In this document: positions 26,301-39,200 of the stretch, in pieces
Layout: each line of letters begins with the position of its first letter
How positions within the stretch are numbered: position 1 is the first letter of the stretch
Source: Tubiluchus corallicola
Lineage: Eukaryota > Animalia > Priapulida
NCBI GenBank assembly: GCA_030141605.1
Contig: JAQGDQ010000312.1
Span: 15,335-79,334, forward strand
Reading direction: 5' to 3'
DNA: 64,000 bases
Position numbers and translations under genes: made by a program
Notes under the pieces: generated by a model
Told to the model about the DNA's origin: nothing
The model's input: the letters and a program-made list of their open reading frames with translations, nothing else
Database searches by the model: none

Positions 26301-26424
26301 CAGTTTTCGATAAGATGCGGTCAACACGCTGTACAGAGTCGCCGTCATCTTGTCTTATCTTCATCTTCACAACTCTATCGTTCCAAAAAACCTTCTGAAC
26401 TTCTCCACTATTCAATTCAAACAT
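20310..26424 (-). repeat. Two-level tandem array: four 1.3-1.75 kb blocks, each containing variable numbers of a 138-bp (46-aa) unit; decayed repetitive protein gene(s)
   Basis: Block marker ctcttccaataagtt(c/a)tcttcctgggttgc at ~20310, 21793, 23137 and 24892. Only one minus frame stays open across units (NEEDSGQPAQPHVFNQLKTRVAAIVRLGRRRDRDIVYRFDDCADAT), with ORFs up to 315 aa broken by frameshifts and stops. Confidence 0.9.
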
Positions 26425-26605
26425 AAGCTACAATCCAAAGAATAAGTATAACAGAAAAAGTACTCTCTCCACTCACGTTTACTATACATGTTGAGAAATT
26501 GTTGTGTTGCAACTGTAACTATACAAAATTAACACACAAGCATATGACAGTAATAAGTATGACCAGATACGTTGCTATGGTGGAAACATTATAACAATAA
26601 TGTTT

Positions 26606-27590
26606 CCTTACCTTACCTTAGACCTTAGTCCTTCCTGTGCACGGATGCACATTGGGCAGACAGCATTTTCCACTGGGTTCTATCGGTGGCTTCTTTCTCG
26701 GTGCTCTCCCAACATCTGTTCATAGTCCAAAGCTCTTCTTTGAAAGATCTGCACCATGTTATTTTTGGCTGACCTCTTTTCCTTTTTCCACCTGGTGGTT
26801 CCCAGCGTAACGCTATTTTCGAGTGGCATTGTTCTGGTAGGCAGAGAATATGTCCAGCCAGTCTGAGTCTTCTCTCTGCGACTATTTCCTGCAACTGCGC
26901 CTGCTGTAGGTCTTCCACATGGGTAACATGGTCGCGATAGAACATTTTTAGGATTTTCCAAAGACATTTTTGGTGGAAGACATCCAGTTTCTTAGATATC
27001 GCTGCTGTGACTTTCCAGGTTTCGCTGGCATGAAGAGCCTGTAGCAGCACAATGGTGTTGTACAAACGAAGCTCGATTTTCAGGTAAATTTTCTTGCTTG
27101 CCCAGATTTTTCCAATATTCCTAAATACTGCTGCTGCTTTGCCAATTCTCACCCTGTCGCACCTCCATCACAACTCATCACATCACCAAGATATGAAAAG
27201 CTGGCAATGTTCTCGACCAGTTGACCTCCCACTGTTATTTGAGCATCATTTTGCTGGTTTGTCCACACTGTGAAAACTTTGGTCTTTTCAAAACTTATTC
27301 TCAGTCCAATTTTCCCACTACTTCTGCCAGACTTGTGGTCAATTGTTGCAAGCCTTCTTTTGATGTTTCCAGAAGTGCTATATCACCAGCAAAGTTCAGG
27401 TCTGCCAATTGTTATTGTTGCTGTTGTTGCTGCAGCTGAATTCCCAGGTCTTTTCCATCAACTGCTTTGTTCATGATGAAATCAATAGAAACAGGAATGG
27501 TGACATAATGCAGCCCTGCCTTAATCACCAGTTTCAATGGTGAAATATTCTGTGTTACCGTCTTGCATTTTTATGCAACTACTCTTTTAA
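26606..27590 (-). mobile_element. RTE-clade LINE, 5'-truncated 3' fragment of the reverse transcriptase ORF
   Basis: RIGKAAAVFRNIGKIW...LYNTIVL...SETW...RRLRLAGHILCLP...ALRWEPPGGKRKRGQPKITW...ATDRTQWK, followed by a (TAAGG)n tail. Degenerate LRQGCIMSP and FSYLG motifs lie upstream. Confidence 0.9.
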
Positions 27591-27943
27591 GCGAAACATT
27601 TTTTTGATACCATTGATGTATGCAATATGCAGTATATTTATCACCCCATAAATTAGTCCATAAAGACATACAGTACAGTATTGGTATCATTGACTATCTG
27701 ACAAACCTGGATATGATTATAATAGTGAATTATACACTTAGTATTCCCTTATTAATTTTTGTTTACTAAACAGGATCATGTTGGCAAAACTGCTTTGGTA
27801 TACAAATAATTAGTTCTTAGGTTTGTCTTACTGAGTTCCTAATTTTCATGCTTGCTAGTTTGTGATTTGAAACTGTTCACTGTGAAAGACAACATTTACT
27901 TACTGTCGTTAATTCATAAGATCAAAACATTAAGAAACGGAAG

Positions 27944-28021
<78 letters not shown>

Positions 28022-28030
28022 CAGAGAGAG
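27944..28030. repeat. (GA)n microsatellite
   Basis: Direct observation. Confidence 0.97.
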
Positions 28031-28778
28031 TTTCATGCACTCCTTTTTTGCTTTTTTCTCTAATTTACCATTAACCTGGGCAGCACCAAAACACGAGATT
28101 TTTTTCTGGAGCTGCCAGTAGCCTATGTGTTAATGTTAAGTCTGTGTAAAAATTCACGTTAATGCTTTCTGTATAAACTGTTAATGTAACATTGTGACAC
28201 ATGTTAAAAATAGAAATTTTTACTGCAGAGTTTTCACTTTCAGTCTTTTGACTGTTAAATATACCGCTGGTAAACACAGAAACAAAAGTCATGACAGTAA
28301 CCTAACGATTAAACTCAGAAAACACATTAAATTATTTAGACTTGTGTTTATTTATTTAAAATTAATTTGATACATTCAAAAGTACAAAGCATTGTATAAA
28401 AATTAAAAAACACTCAGCTATACTATAAAGTAACTAATAAATTATATAGAAACTAATAAAATGTTTATGTATATACATATGCACTCAGACACAAAACATA
28501 AAAACACAAGACAGATCACTAGAAATACAATATACAGAAGCATAAAACGCAATAAAGGTCACTATTAAAGTGGTAAAACATGTTGATTTCATAATGCAAA
28601 ACGTAGTTTTCACCAGTTCATCCATATAACTGTATTATGATATGCAGAGTAAACATACAATTTATCAATTATATTATTACAGAGTTCTGCCAGCCCATGT
28701 ATATATGATCCTGTTATATTTTCTAAGTTTAGGACAGAATATAAACGTATGCAGAGCATTAAACGTAGCAATAGCTAA

Positions 28779-29414
28779 AAAAGAGTACATGGGCTATACC
28801 TCTATACAAAAGAGTACATAGGCTATACCTCCATACAAAAGAGTACATAGGCTATACCTCCATACAAAAGAGTACATAGACTATACCTCTATACAAAAGA
28901 GTACATAGACTATACCTCTATACAAAAGAGTACATAGACTATACCTCTATACAAAAGAGTACATGGGCTATACCTCCATACAAAAGAGTACATGGGCTAT
29001 ACCTCTATACAAAAGAGTACATAGGCTATACCTCCATACAAAAGAGTACATAGACTATACCTCTATACAAAAGAGTACATAGACTATACCTCTATACAAA
29101 AGAGTACATAGACTATACCTCTATACAAAAGAGTACATAGGCTATACCTCCATACAAAAGAGTACATGGGCTATACCTCTATACAAAAGAGTACATAGGC
29201 TATACCTCCATACAAAAGAGTACATAGACTATACCTCTATACAAAAGAGTACATAGACTATACCTCTATACAAAAGAGTACATAGACTATACCTCTATAC
29301 AAAAGAGTACATAGGCCATACCTCTATACAAAAGAGTACATAGGCTATACCTCCATACAAAAGAGTACATGGGCTATACCTCTATACCAAAGAGTACATA
29401 GGCCATACCTCTAC
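28779..29414. repeat. 29-bp minisatellite, ~21 copies
   Basis: Unit aaaagagtacataggctatacctc(c/t)atac. Confidence 0.96.
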
Positions 29415-30201
29415 ATCATACGTAAAATTGCAAAAACACTGCTCAGGATAGTAAGAAGAGTAAAACACAAAGATTACATTACTTTGGCTTGTTGTTTCAG
29501 TTTAATGTCATTATTTTTACATTGATTTAAGACTCGGCATAATCAACACGTGATAGAGTTTATTAAAATTAGCAATAGCACGTACATTGCAAAGTCACGC
29601 ATGATAGAAAGAATTAAGATGAAATACAAGCACATTTATTTCCGAATTTACTTTTTCACTTTTTCTTAATAGTAAGCTATTGCAGACACATGGAATTAGT
29701 CAATTATTCCCTTGTTACGCGCATAAGGAATCCTGCCTAAAGTCCTAAACAGGTTGTGATTGTGAAGCATAATTATTGCAATTATTCCATCCCGGGTCGT
29801 GGTGATGTGCCGTCAAGTATCCTGTTTATGTCCAAATGCTATATGAGCAGAAACGGTTTCCCGTCTTGTGATCCATTTTTTCAGACCAACCAAAAAGTAA
29901 TCAAAATTAGAATAACTTAAATTTCAGCAGGCAAATTAGACAACCAAACATATTAAACGTAATTCTGTTAGACCTCGCAAATTAGTTTTGTTAGGATTTT
30001 CGTTTTCTATGTCCGGATTATCATGATTTTAATTTCTTATTCTCATAAGCATCATTATGATGTCTCTGGAATTATTTATAAATACGTAATAATTCTAATA
30101 ATATTTTGTATGCAGTGTAGTAGTTACTAATAGTGACCCTGAAACCAGTCATGTAAGTTTTGGGTTTTTTTATAACTGCTTAGGTTGAATGGTTGATTGC
30201 A

Positions 30202-33200
30202 ATGCCTGCAGAAAGGAAAATTCGCATTAAGAGGGTGAATCCACATATTACGTGCCGATTGTGTCGAGGATATTTTGTTGATGCAACCACAGTAACGGAA
30301 TGTCTCCACACCTGTAAGAAAAAATCCTTATTACATGTTTAGTAAATGTGATTATGTAAATTATCACCTAATATTCATGAATAGTTCGGTAGAACTCGAA
30401 TCTTGATATGTGCAAAAGGCAGCTGTGAAAACAATATCAAAGCACACAATTTTACTGCATTATGTTGAAATTAACAGTTTCAGTTAAAATTGTATTTTTA
30501 AAACGGGATGAATTTTAGTTACTTATTTTAAACAGTTATGACAAATTTAGCTGTGAAATTTTTCCTAGTATTTTGATTTTATGTTAATTTTTCTTGATTT
30601 AATTTTGTTGTATCAGAATATTCTTATATCTTGCATCTTCCACCCACATTGTAAGAACATTCGTGGGAAGGGGTTAAATAAGTTGTCTGTTACAGTAGTG
30701 TGACTCAATTTTTGTGTAATAGTTAGCGTAGCTACCCGGAAAGCCGAAGGCCTTGAGTTCGAGTCTGAATAAAGGTGAAATAATTTTTCAGATGTACTAA
30801 TTTAGTATATTGCCTTCTTGCATTTAAGATTTCATGCAGTAATCTGTATTTCTAAGCGGCTTTGTGGAAATCCTGTAAAACGATGTCATTGTAGATCACT
30901 GTAGAGAATAGAGGCAGCAAATAATGGTCGTTGATATTGCCCATTTTTCTTTGCAGTTTGCAAAAGTTGTATTGTAAAATGGTTAGAAGAAAACAACACG
31001 TGTCCCCAATGCAAGACGGTTATCCACCAGAGTCATCCACTTCAGTATATTAGGTGCGTAATTTTTTTAATTATTACAAGCTGATTGCGTTACCAGCCTA
31101 GTTTTTAAATTGCACTTTTTGTATCTTTGTACCAAAATTCTATGTAATTCAGCATGTAATTAATTTTTACGCAAAATCTTACAGCTACATTTGTGTAAAA
31201 ACTCTTCTTTTTTGGTTATAAATAGTTTCATTAAATTGGTTAGATTAATTTGGTTAAATTAAGTATTATAATTCAAATAAATCTTGCTTGTACTTCTGCT
31301 GAGCACCATTATTAAAGGAAAGAACAAGTCGCTTAGTATGTTGGGTTTATTTTACTGTTGTCACTTAAACTTAAAGAAACAGAACAAAAAAATTTGTAAA
31401 AAACTGTCAATAAAACATAAAGTTAATTTATATTATTGCTATACAGTGTTCCCTCACTTATCGCGGGTGTTCTGTTCCAGGCCCACCCGCGATAAGTGAA
31501 TTTCCGCGAAGTAGGGACGCTACACTTATTTAATGCTTACATGTTTGGGTAGCATCATAGGCCTTGAATAAATTCAGTCTCTAACGAAAATTTCACAAAT
31601 AGCGCACAAGAAAACAAATTGCACGGTACCTGAGCCAATCAGCGACTGGGATACAGAGCAGCATTCTCTGGTTGGTCGCTTTCCATCAATCAACCAATTG
31701 TATGTTGTGTACAATCTCACGTCGGCAAGTAGCATCTCAAGCGGGCGCAATTACTACATTTCGTTTCTGGTGTGTATTCATCCGCTGAATAAATACACTA
31801 TGTACTGTAAATGGTATTTTTTTATGATTTATAATATTCTTTTAATGTTAGAATTAATATTTTAATATATTTTTAAACATTTTTTATGCAAAATTCATCA
31901 AATCTGTACATTACTGTACAATATGTGCTACGCATCTGCAAAAGTACTTTAGACGGAGTGCCGCAAAAACCCACGAAACAGCGAAAATACCGTGATAAAT
32001 ATTTTACATTAATATTTTTGAAAACCCGCGTAACAGCGAGTCAGCGATAAACAAACCGCGAAGTAGTGAGGGAACACTGTACAGAACATTAAATCTTCAG
32101 GCGCAGTGACCGTCGCTGTTCACTTGAAAATTATGATGTAACTGGGTGACTTTTCATAAGCACATCGTGGCTTTCTGGAAGCACGCGCTGCTTAAACTAA
32201 TTCAGACTTCTGCAGCTTACCTAATATTCATGCAAAAACATCACAAAATTAGCTATCCACTTTGTTGTAAAAACTTATGATACTTTTGATGGAAGTTGAC
32301 AGTGCGCTGCTTTTCTTCAGTCGATGAACGACATCGTTGGAAGAAGATTGAGAATTGAAAATGGGAGCGTACAAACGTAAAGTGATCGTGACTTTGAAGT
32401 GATTGTAATAATTAAACAAGGAGCTTATTGCAGTTTTATTACTAAATCCTTCTAGCATTTTTCACGAACATCGAAATAAGCTTATCTTCCCAGAAGACTT
32501 TGTCTTTCCATTAAAAATGTTCAATACCTTGACAGCTTTGTGATTGTCCGAGCCAGTTTAACACTAACTCTTGTTTTATTATTTTGTTTCATGCAGTTTT
32601 GACAGAACAATGCAGGATATTGTATTCAAACTGATACCAGACCTGCAGGAAAGTATGTGTTAAATTTCATCATCTTAGCTAGTCTCATGGTATCACTAGT
32701 TTGTAGACATTTTAATTTGTACCATTAGATCTAATTTTACTCATCGGTTTTTCCTAGTCGGTGAGATAAATAACTATGTGAGTGGCTTGTGATCTATGTT
32801 AAGCAACACCGAGAATGGTTTGTACCATTAGATCTACGTTTACACATCGGTTTTTCCTAGTCGGTGAGATAAATAACTATGTGAGTGGCTTGTGATCTAT
32901 GTTAAGCAACACCGAGAATGGTTTGTGCCATTAGATCTACGTTTACACATCGGTTTTTCCTAGTCGGTGAGATAAATAACTATGCGAGTGGCTTGTGATA
33001 TATGTTAAGCAACACCGAGACTGGTTACTGAAATGGATGGGTGGCTACTTGGAGTAAACACTCACTTTGGGCAACACTTTTATTATTATTATTATTATTG
33101 TTGTTGTTGTTATTATTATTATTATTATTATTATTGTTATTGTTATTGTTATTTTCGTTTTTGCTGATGTTGAATTGTTGTTATTGTTTGTTGTTGTTGT

Positions 33201-36200
33201 TGCAGCTATCGCTGTCTGCCACTGTCGTTGTTGTTATCATAAAGCGTACATTAGTTTCGAATAAAACGTTAAAATGTCACCAACATTTCTAAAATCGAGA
33301 TTGTTTTTAAACGAACTTACTTACTACGCCGTCATTGTTCAGAAAACCTTCAAAATTAGTTTGTGACTGTTTCGCATCACCTTTTTCACAGGAGAAGCCA
33401 AACGAGAGAAAGAGTTTTACAGGAAACGGGGACTGCCGTACGTGCGATCACCGCCACCGATGTGCGGTCGGGAAGCACCTATAGATGATGATGCAGAACA
33501 ACATAAAGATCATCATCGTTCTGATGAACAGGTTAGTTGGTGTAACATCCTGTGACTCTGTAATAAAACACGTTTGAAAATTATTTTTTTGCTTTTATAG
33601 ATAAGTGCCAGGATTATTATTTCCATTTACAGAGCGAACATTGTATAGGACATTATAAAAAAAACAGTCTTTCAACAAACAACATTAACAAAATAGTAGT
33701 TTACCAAGGCGAGGTCTTCTCCAGTACTTGGGTAGGACCGGGCCTTCCTCACGCACGTTAGTAATGCAGCAGAATTCGGTCTCCAGTGGAGGCTAAGTTA
33801 GCGTCTCTCTCAGTCTAATTCGTAGGCAGCAGGTAGCCTTTTTCAGGAAGTCTCCACAGCTTTCCATCAAACTGGCAGGACATAGAATAGGGTCTCCTGA
33901 GATCGGGTAATAAGAAGATCATCTCCTCCGAGTTCCCACGCAGAACGGGAGTGATTTAGACCATCAAACGTGAAGTCGCAGGTGACAGTATTTTCATCCA
34001 ACGTAAAGGTATTTAGGCTGTGTAATGAATGCCTAATTTAGCAAATGTCACTCAGTAATTGTGTAACTGACGAGGTTTCACCAGCAAAAGAAGAACATTG
34101 TTCACCAACGAATAAGAAGAACATAGTAATGAACAAACCATCCATTTCTTGTTCAGTCATCGTATGAAAGAAACCATGATATAGATATATCTGACCATTT
34201 TTCAACACGGTCACTCTACACTCTGCCACGTAGGCCAATACGCCTAATATCCAGGCCTCGAAAGCTAGCCGACCAATCAGAAATGAGTTCTGGGTGAAGT
34301 GACCTCAATAGTACAGTGACAAAGTGTACTACATTTAAACTCCAGAACATCAAATATGTTTAATATGCAGCAATTGTTGTTTTATCTGTAATAATAAATT
34401 ACAGCAATAAGTTTTCAATGAAAAACATAAGTTTGATTTAGGTACATTACTAAATTAGGTAACTTGATTTTCGTCTATAATTATACAAAAAAATAACAGC
34501 GAAATTGTTCTAATAGCATAAAGCAGTTCAATAAACATAATTAGACAATTACATGTGGTCTCCCTGAGTTTTGGCACTTATAACTTGCAAAAAAAACAAT
34601 AGAAATCAACTTCAACATTCACATCGTATCAATTGAATTGCATGTCTACTTGGCCAACTACCTGGTCACATGACTGATGACAGTTAAAGGGGCAAGACCA
34701 AATTTAACAGGTAGGGAAACGTGTATGTGCATAACACCGCCCCCATACATGTCTCCACCAGCATTTATCACCTCACTAAAAAAACAATCACACGTTCATC
34801 ATTTGACCTTCAATGAAACAGAACTTGTGTATAGGGCGTTTAAGAAACCCTTCTTTGGTTTTCAAGGTGACACTCCTCACCAGACCATCCTTACTGACGT
34901 GGGTTTTCACAACACGTCCAAGCAGCCAATAATTTCTTGGAGTTGTATCCATAATTAGAACGATGTCGTCCTCCTTGAGATTCTGTTTTTCTTTGTGCCA
35001 TTTCGAACGTTGCGGAGCATTGGCAAATACTCTAATTTCCAGCGATTCCAAAATACATTAGAAAGATATTGAATCTGTCGCCACTTTTTCTATAAACATC
35101 TCCCTCAGAAAACTGACCCAGTGGAAGTATTGGAGGAGCATTTCTGCCCATCAGAAGGAAGTGGTTAGGTGTTAAAGAATCATAATCCTTCGGATCATCA
35201 GATGCTGTGGTCAGAGGCGTAGTGTTGACGATGTTCTCGACAATACAGAATAAGGTGCTCAAACCCTCATCATCAAGTACCTGCTCTTGAGCCACTGAGT
35301 GCAGAACTTTTTTAATGCTTTTAATTAGCACTTCCCAAGCTCCTCCCATATGAGATGCCCGAGGAGGACAAAAGTCCCAATCAATATGTTTCTGAAGTAA
35401 GTTTTCCGTGACAACATTGGTGTTCCAAGATTCTACAGACTTTTGGAGCTCTTTGTCTGCTCCCAGAAAATTACTTCCACAATCAGACATTAGTTTGTCA
35501 GGTTTACCTCTTGTGGAGCAAAACCTATCTAGTGCTTTTATGAACGAATCAGTTGTCATCGTGAACAAAACTTCAAGATGGATGCTTCTGCTGGCCATAC
35601 ATGTAAAAAGGATGCTGTAACGTTTTGCTTCTGAGCGACCCTGTTTTACCATAATTGGATCAAAGCAATCAGTATCCACAGTAGCAAACACTCCAGAGCT
35701 TTGCAATCTGTCTATAGGCAAGTCAGCCACTTTTTGGTGCAGTGGCATTGCCCTATTCAATCTACATTGTCTGCACTCAGCTAAAAGCTTGCGTACCATA
35801 CCATGCATTCCAACAATCCAAAACTTCTGGGGGATCAAAGACATTACATGCTGTTTGCCGACATGTACATGCGTAGTGTGGAAATCTTGAGTGACAATTT
35901 ATGTCCCTTTGGTAGAACAATTGGATGCCTAGCATTATAGTTGACATCAGCATGCCTTATTCGGCCACCTACATGAATAAGTTGCTTTTCACATAAGAAT
36001 GGATCTAGTTTCACCAAACAACTGACTTAATAACATTCTGACTAGTACTTAAGTTTTTATATTCTTTCGGCAAACTCTCTTTCTGCACATACTTGATTAT
36101 TTCTTCTTCTGCATAGTCGAGTTCTGCAACAGTCAGTTTATTTGGAAAACTCAAAGTCTTTTTGGCAACTTTGTTCTTTAATACTGTTTTGAACCGAAGA

Positions 36201-39200
36201 AACCATGCAACACTTTTCTTCAACTTGTAGAATGAAGAATAACGATCCATCAAATCATTTATGATAATACGCTGTCGCTGTGTGTCATCCATTGTCGTCG
36301 CTGTTACGGTATTAACAACTGGAGAGTGCTTCACTTCTTTGTCACCTTGTAATAAATCATTCTTTGTATTGTCATGTCAATTCGAGGCCAATCATCTTCT
36401 GGTAGCATCAGGAATCTAAGTCCGAATTTCCAGCGTTTCGACTCTGACAGTGTATAACCATTTAATCCTCGAGATAGGTCGTCAGCTGCATTTTCCTCAG
36501 AAGGGACATATCTCCACTGCTCTGGTGATGAGACCTCTAGAATGCTTGTGACCCTGTTCTGCACGAAGGTATGAAAGCGCTTGACAATATTTCGTATGTA
36601 GTGCAGGATAACAAGACTATCCGTCCAAAATATTGACCTGTCAATGTGGATGGTAAGCTCTTTCCGTAGCACCTTTTCAAGTTTAGCTGCAAGAGCTGCT
36701 GCACATAACGCAAGATGAGGAATAGTCAGTCCTTTCATTGGAGTTAGCCTTGATTTCGCAATGACAAAGACAGTGTGGATAACGTTGAGCTCATTCTGCT
36801 GACGAATGAATACTACCACACCATAAGCACTTTCAGAAGCATCACAAAAATAATGAAGCTCTGTGGATATTACCTTACCAAACTCACAAGGCATGAATGA
36901 TCTCTCAATCTTGAAATCTGTTAGCAGGGTGCTTTCTTCTTTCCATTGTTTCCATTTCTTCCCAATGGCACCGTTCAACTTGCTGTCCCACGTTTTGTCT
37001 GGTAAACGACATTCTTCTTGAAAAAGTTTCTTTCTTTGTAGAACAAATGGGCCACACATTCCAAGGGGATCATAGATACTGGAAAGCGAACTAAGCAATC
37101 CACGCTTTGTATTGGGATGCTCCTTTTGTTTTACATGGACTCCTAGCGTATCAGCCTTCATCTGCCAACTTATCCCCAAGGCACGCTCATTCGGCAGTGT
37201 GTCATGTGACAAGTTTAGATCTTTAACACCTTTTCCCCTATCTTCAATTGGGATAGTGTCGAGAACACGTTTATCATTTGACATCCATTTCGTAAAGCAA
37301 AATCCAACCTTCTGCAAAAGCAGCTTTAGCTGAGTAATTAGCTTCAATGCTTGCTGCACATTCTCGACTGGCTTTAGGCAGTCATCCACATAAAAATTGT
37401 AAAGCACAGTTGCTACCATTTCTTTATCAAAGCTATTGGTAGTCCAATGCAGTGCGTTTCAAGGCAAATGAAGCTCCACTGGGGGACCAAACCCCTCCAA
37501 AAAAATGCACGGTCATTCTAAGTATCTGAAGAGGCTGGTCAATTCGTCATTCAGGCCACCAAATGAACCTCAGCATGTCTCTATGCTTGGGCGAAACAAA
37601 CACTTGGTGATACATCTCACTTATATCTGTTAACACGGCAACTGGATACTGCCTAAATCGTAAGAGGACACCAACCAAATTATTCGTAAGGTCTGGACCT
37701 TGCAAAGCCAATTTGTTCAATGAGATATCTTCACACTCTGCACCACAATCAAAAACAATACGCGTTTTATCTGGTTTATTTTCGTTAAAGACTGGGAAGT
37801 GAGGAAGATACCAAGTCAGATGTGTAGGAGTACTTGCTGATTGTTCTTCCACTAGCTCTGCATGACCCTTGTTTAGCAAATAGTTGATTCCGTCAGTGTA
37901 CTTTTGATGAAGAATGGGATTCTTGGTGAATTTTCTTCTGAGCCCATTGAGCCATTTTGCTGCCCTCTGAAAGCTGTCAGGAATTACATGACGTTTGCCT
38001 TTAAATGGTATTTCTAACTCATAGTGGCCGTCTCTTCTGGTTATTGAGCTTTCCCAAATATCGATGACCACCATCTCTTCTCTAGAATACTATTCTCCAG
38101 AATCCAAAACAGAATCTATTTTCCAAAATCTCTCGACTTGCTGCTGCAAGACATCTGTTTTGGCTTCAGAAGACTCTTTGACCAGAACATAATTATTTAC
38201 TGACACGTTGTGTACTTTGCCGCCCGCTATAGGCCCATTCAACGTCCATCCCAGCTTCGTCTTAACAGCATAAGGAGCGTTTACGGGACCATGTCTAACT
38301 TGCAGAGGGGCCAAAGCATCAGGTACGTCAAGACCGATTAGTAAGCTTAGGTCTTCATCGTCTCCATGATACTCAACTAAAGATGGCGCTATCTCTTTCA
38401 AGTGCGGCCATTTTTGAACATCTGCGAGTGATGCCAAGCATTCTGTATCTAGCATCAGTGACTGTCGAACAAAAACATGAGGCAACAAGATTCTGTTTTC
38501 ACCAATGTTGTCCGTGACAACGAAACTTGTAACTAAAGTGTCTGCTTTACTTTGGCATTTCTCGATTGTGGTTAGGGTAAGAACATCCTCTTTTCCTTCA
38601 GCACCTATGCTGTCAAACAGCTTCCTGGAACAAAATGTGTTTGTAGATCCAGGATCTAACAGAGCCATGGCTTCAACTGGCTTTCTTCCATGTACATGTA
38701 CTTGAACTTTGACCATAGGAAATGCTATCTTCGTTTCTTTACGACTGCCCTTATTTGCACAGCTTGTAGCTTCAGTCTCGTCTTTTCTTTGCTGCTCATC
38801 CCTGGCAAGCCTATTAACAACTGAAGAAGAACTGCCCAGCCTCCCCACTGCATCATGCAATAAAGCTGAATGCTTCTTGTTGCATTCATTACCACTACCT
38901 GACGGTTTGAGACATCTAGATGCTGTATGTTTTCCTTTCGCCAAACAATTAAAACAGAGGCATTCTTTACGCACGAACATCAACTTATCTGGGGTGTCCA
39001 TAGCTGCAAAAGCTTCACACTGTCCAAGAGAAGAATGCTTATTTGAGTTGCAAAATATGAAAACTTTCTTGCAAAATTGGGCGCTTTTGGTTTGAGGCTT
39101 TTCTTGATTTGTTTTCGCCTTGCCATTGTTTGCTTGAACTTGAGGTGCTTTAGCAGAGGTGGCATAATTTTTGGCAGAGATGCTTCGTTTAGGTCTTTCC

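Noticed and set aside
33041-33292. Poly-Leu ORF resembling a signal peptide or membrane protein
   Set aside because: Translation of an (ATT)/(GTT) microsatellite.
33541-34680. Full 3' LTR or solo LTR starting tgtaac at 33541
   Set aside because: The composition is LTR-like, but no second copy or matching TSD could be found, so boundaries cannot be supported.
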